A program made the translations under genes and the position numbers. Shown here piece after piece: positions 60,715 through 64,000 of a DNA stretch of 64,000 bases. The DNA comes from Eledone cirrhosa (lineage: Eukaryota): positions 28,334,001 through 28,398,000 of the forward strand of contig OZ024755.1 of assembly GCA_964016885.1 (NCBI GenBank). Direction: 5' to 3'. Below the pieces are notes generated by a model. That model made no database searches. It saw only the letters and a list, made by a program, of their open reading frames with translations, and was not told the DNA's origin. Every line of letters begins with the position of its first letter. Position 1 is the stretch's first letter.

Positions 60715-60927
60715 TTAACACATTAGAATTTAAACCGACTCTATCCGGCCAGAATTCTCTAATCTCTTCCTGTTCAAACCGGCCGTAACTGGTCACTCAT
60801 ACTGATGTTAAGGTATAGTTCTGAAAATAAATATCAAAATCGCATAGATTCGATATTATGAGAGATAAAGCCTTTACCGCGAAAATACAAGAGTATATTT
60901 AGATTAATGTAAATGCTAAAGGGTAAA
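60715..60927. mobile_element. Diverged TTAA-type MITE
   Basis: Termini ttaacacattagaattta / taaatgctaaagggtaaa are imperfect inverted repeats. Confidence 0.5.
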
Positions 60928-61103
60928 GATGTAAAAATCACCCAAATATCTCATTTTTACAACATAGCCGATTTCTCCCGGGTGCGTTTGTAAAATCCTA
61001 TGGTAAAATCAGCCTAATTTTGAATCAGCCCATCTGAAATAGTGCCTCCATGATTGAGATTAATTATGAAATATAATATATTAGCTGCAATTATGCGCAA
61101 TTG

Positions 61104-61410
61104 ATATATCTGTTCTATTCTATTCTAGGGCGGGTAAAATTCCCGAGATCCATGGTGAGTTCTCTCCAGCGGTCTCTGTCCCTCATTATCGCTGCCATGT
61201 CCTGCGTCTCCAACATACCAGTGTCTGTCCTTAGGGCAACAACATACGTTAACCTTGGTCTTCCTCTTCCAGTGTGTACATGTAGGGGATCCCACAGGAG
61301 CACTGAGTGCAATGTCAACTCTGGATGTCGGTGAGCATGTCCAGCTAACCTCAGTCTCCTCTGTGTCACTTTTGAGCTGACTCTTGGGAGGCTCCCATAC
61401 AGCTCTGAGT
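61104..61410 (-). mobile_element. 5'-truncated RTE-clade LINE 3' end
   Basis: ELYGSLPRVSSKVTQRRLRLAGHAHRHPE..LLW.P....RGRPRLTY...RDRDRWR; short (ATAGA)n tail. Confidence 0.88.
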
Positions 61411-61523
61411 TTTATCTGTATGGATCACAATTGATATGGCATTCAGTATGCTAACAATACGAAGACTCCCGGGAACAATTATAAACAACATCATACACAA
61501 GCAAGTTCAATCACAAAGAATAT

Positions 61524-61605
<82 letters not shown>

Positions 61606-61645
61606 AACATTCACGCAGACGCAGACAATCACACACACAGACATA

Positions 61646-61744
61646 CAGGGTGTCCCCTAAAAATGTATACCCACTTTGATTACCTGTACAAGCAATATAT
61701 ATTAGAACGCACAGCCTATGTGTATACATTTTTGGGACACCCTG
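61646..61744. mobile_element. Tc1/mariner-type MITE, 99 bp
   Basis: TA-CAGGGTGTCCC..AAAAATGTATAC / GTATACATTTTTGGGACACCCTG-TA. Confidence 0.85.
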
Positions 61745-61775
61745 TATGTATTTATATATACGTACATATGCATAA

Positions 61776-62045
61776 GTGGAGGCTGATTGCCTAGTGGTAA
61801 GGGTGTTGTCGTGGGCCCGATTCCTGGGTTGCGTGTTGTGTTCTTGAGCAAAACACTTCATTTTACGTTGCTCTTGTATACTCACCAGAAAATGAGTACC
61901 AGCAATATCTGGGGGTTTAGCCTTGCGATGGACTGGCACGCTGTCTAGGGGGGAGCCTTGTACTCACAATCGCTTCATGCCATGAAGCCAGGATAAGCAC
62001 CGGCCAAATGAGCCTTCTGGCTTAAGACGGACTTTAGACTTAGAC
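61776..62045 (+). mobile_element. tRNA-derived V-SINE-like element
   Basis: GCCTAGTGGTAAG head, TTCTTGAGCAAAACACTT block, CCTTGCGATGGACTGGC..TGTC.AGGGG block, (AGACTT) tail. Confidence 0.7.
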
Positions 62046-62537
62046 ATATGCATACTTGTATGTGTTGTATGTATGTGTGTAGGTTTTTACGATGTATGTT
62101 GGTTTAAACTTTTCCTGTTTGCTTCTTCCCAAGACTCGTTATATAAGGACCACCTTAATATTTCCCAGTTTAAGAGAGTGGAATATAGAGTGTTACTCGT
62201 CTGCCAGTTATTGGAGATCAAGTGGTTTCGTCTAGCCCTCCCTTCCTATGTCCTTTGTTTGCTAATATTTTATATAGTTACGCTAATTCTTTGTTTTCGT
62301 TTGTGTTTGTGTGTTTGTTTGTTTGCTTTGTGGCATGGTTTCATTATACTTTCTGTGTGTTTAATTTCTTAATGAGGACGGAAGTGAAAAATTAAATTCC
62401 CCAGCGCAGAACATCAAAACATGTTTCTATATAAAAAATAATATTAAGTTTCATGTAACCTTTAAGGGAATGAAGAAATATATATATATATATATATATA
62501 AACACGCACATATATATAAATATATTTATGTGTATAC

Positions 62538-62568
<31 letters not shown>

Positions 62569-62619
62569 ATTGATAGTACCAACAAGTAATTAGTAGTCGG
62601 CAATAATGTCAAGGTCACA

Positions 62620-62773
62620 CACTTGGTATAGCAAAAGAAGAAATCCGTTTCATGAAAACTTTTAAAAGCTTTAGCCTTACACGCTAGAGGAGGAAGTTGC
62701 TTCTTATATAGATTGACTCTTTCTTACACACATACAACACACACACACTTACAAACCAAACTCACTTACACAC

Positions 62774-62843
<70 letters not shown>

Positions 62844-62897
62844 TGTTATACTTTGGGAGGGTCATGTTGCCAATAAGAAAGTATAAATTCAGAAACG

Positions 62898-62993
<96 letters not shown>

Positions 62994-63092
62994 ATGTATA
63001 TCCATATAAGAAGCAATTTCCTCATCTAATGTGTAAGGCTAAAGCTTTTAAAAGGTTTCATGAAATGGATTTCTTCTTTTGCAATACCAAAT
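62620..63092. repeat. Diverged inverted pair separated by (TA)n tracts
   Basis: 62622-62713 is approximately the reverse complement of 63000-63091. Confidence 0.75.
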
Positions 63093-63195
63093 ATATATAT
63101 ATACAGTAATAACAAATGTGAAGTCTAAATTCCAAAGAGGGCTCGATAAGGATAAATATATATCAAATGTATAAGAACCATAGAGCAAATATTTA

Positions 63196-63741
63196 TTAAA
63201 ATAACAGATTACAGAATTCCTGCTTTCACCCTTAACGGGATCTTCTGAAACCCCCCCAAAAATCAATCTGGGAATGCAGAAGTAAATATTTCGAAAAACA
63301 TTGCAACCGAAGGAAAACAAGAAGACGATTCTTCGGTGATTCTTCGGTTCGTGAAGACGTTCCCTGGCAATGGACGGAAAAAAGCGAAGATAATACGTCG
63401 TTATGTGGACCGATGAGAACAAATATACGCAATTTTAATAACCTCTGTCATTTTCGTTCAACTAATTTATTTCGGTGTCCTAAATAGAATATTAGTCTAA
63501 TGACTCTATTTATACCATAATTGTTTTTTTGTCTTTGCGTGTATTTGCTCTCATCGTTCCACATAACGACGTATCATCTTCGTTTTTTTCCGTCCATTTC
63601 CAGGGAATGTCTTCACTAACCAAAGGATCGTCTTCCTGTTTTCCTTCGGTTGCAACATCTTTTGAAATATTTACTTCTGCGTTCAAAGAATTGATTTTTT
63701 TTTAGAAAGCAGCGATTCTTTGCTTAAACTTTAATCTGTTA

Positions 63742-63748
<7 letters not shown>
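63196..63748. repeat. Long imperfect inverted repeat (foldback or MITE-like)
   Basis: About 215-235 bp arms 63196-63432 and 63536-63748 around a 100-bp spacer. Confidence 0.8.
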
Positions 63749-63797
<49 letters not shown>

Positions 63798-63804
63798 CAC
63801 ACAC

Positions 63805-64000
63805 CTGATAGTTGCAAACTCATGTTCCAGCATTGCCATAGCCCGATAAAATGCTCAAAAATGTGAGGCACGAATGTGGCTCTTTAAACCAGCTAGAAAC
63901 TTGCACCCTCTGGCACATACATAGCAACTGTAGGCTTTTCTTGGACTCTCCATTGCTTTGTTCTGGCTGTGTGTTCTCATGTGTCTTTTAAGAGACCTTC
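63805..64000 (-). mobile_element. RTE-like LINE 3' end with C2H2 zinc fingers, cut by window edge
   Basis: RSLKRHMRTH...YSCYVCARGCKFLAGLKSHIRASHF* (stop 63855-63857); 3' UTR resembles 46329-46361. Confidence 0.7.

Noticed and set aside
63855-64000. Host C2H2 zinc-finger gene exon
   Set aside because: Finger and 3' UTR resemble the RTE-derived element at 46230-46361 and end in a microsatellite tail

Overview
Eukaryotic, AT-rich, microsatellite-saturated non-coding DNA. The SINE repertoire looks like an octopod cephalopod (inference from remembered repeat consensus, not a database hit). I see no convincing host exon; nearly all long ORFs in the track are translations of (TA)n, (CA)n, (GA)n, (CATA)n or minisatellites. 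Contents: (i) over 25 full or partial copies of one tRNA-derived SINE, often in tandem arrays with interleaved target-site duplications, plus CORE/V-type SINEs; (ii) truncated LINE relics (R4/Dong-like and CRE-like restriction-like endonuclease tails, RTE, RTEX, Tx1-like), several sitting in a specific microsatellite; (iii) small MITEs and minisatellites. The main signal: the short unique islands between (TA)n tracts are at least ten unrelated families of 150-450 bp elements carrying type I hammerhead ribozymes (about 15 folds traced by hand, including two U3-A8 compensatory-core variants), often in inverted arrangement. These are most likely Penelope-like element pseudo-LTR relics. Seven families also share a covarying bulged hairpin, RCUC-stem-U(A/U)-GAGY, usually 45-60 nt downstream of the ribozyme cleavage site, which I do not recognise as a described motif. 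All folds are manual and catalytic activity is not demonstrated.
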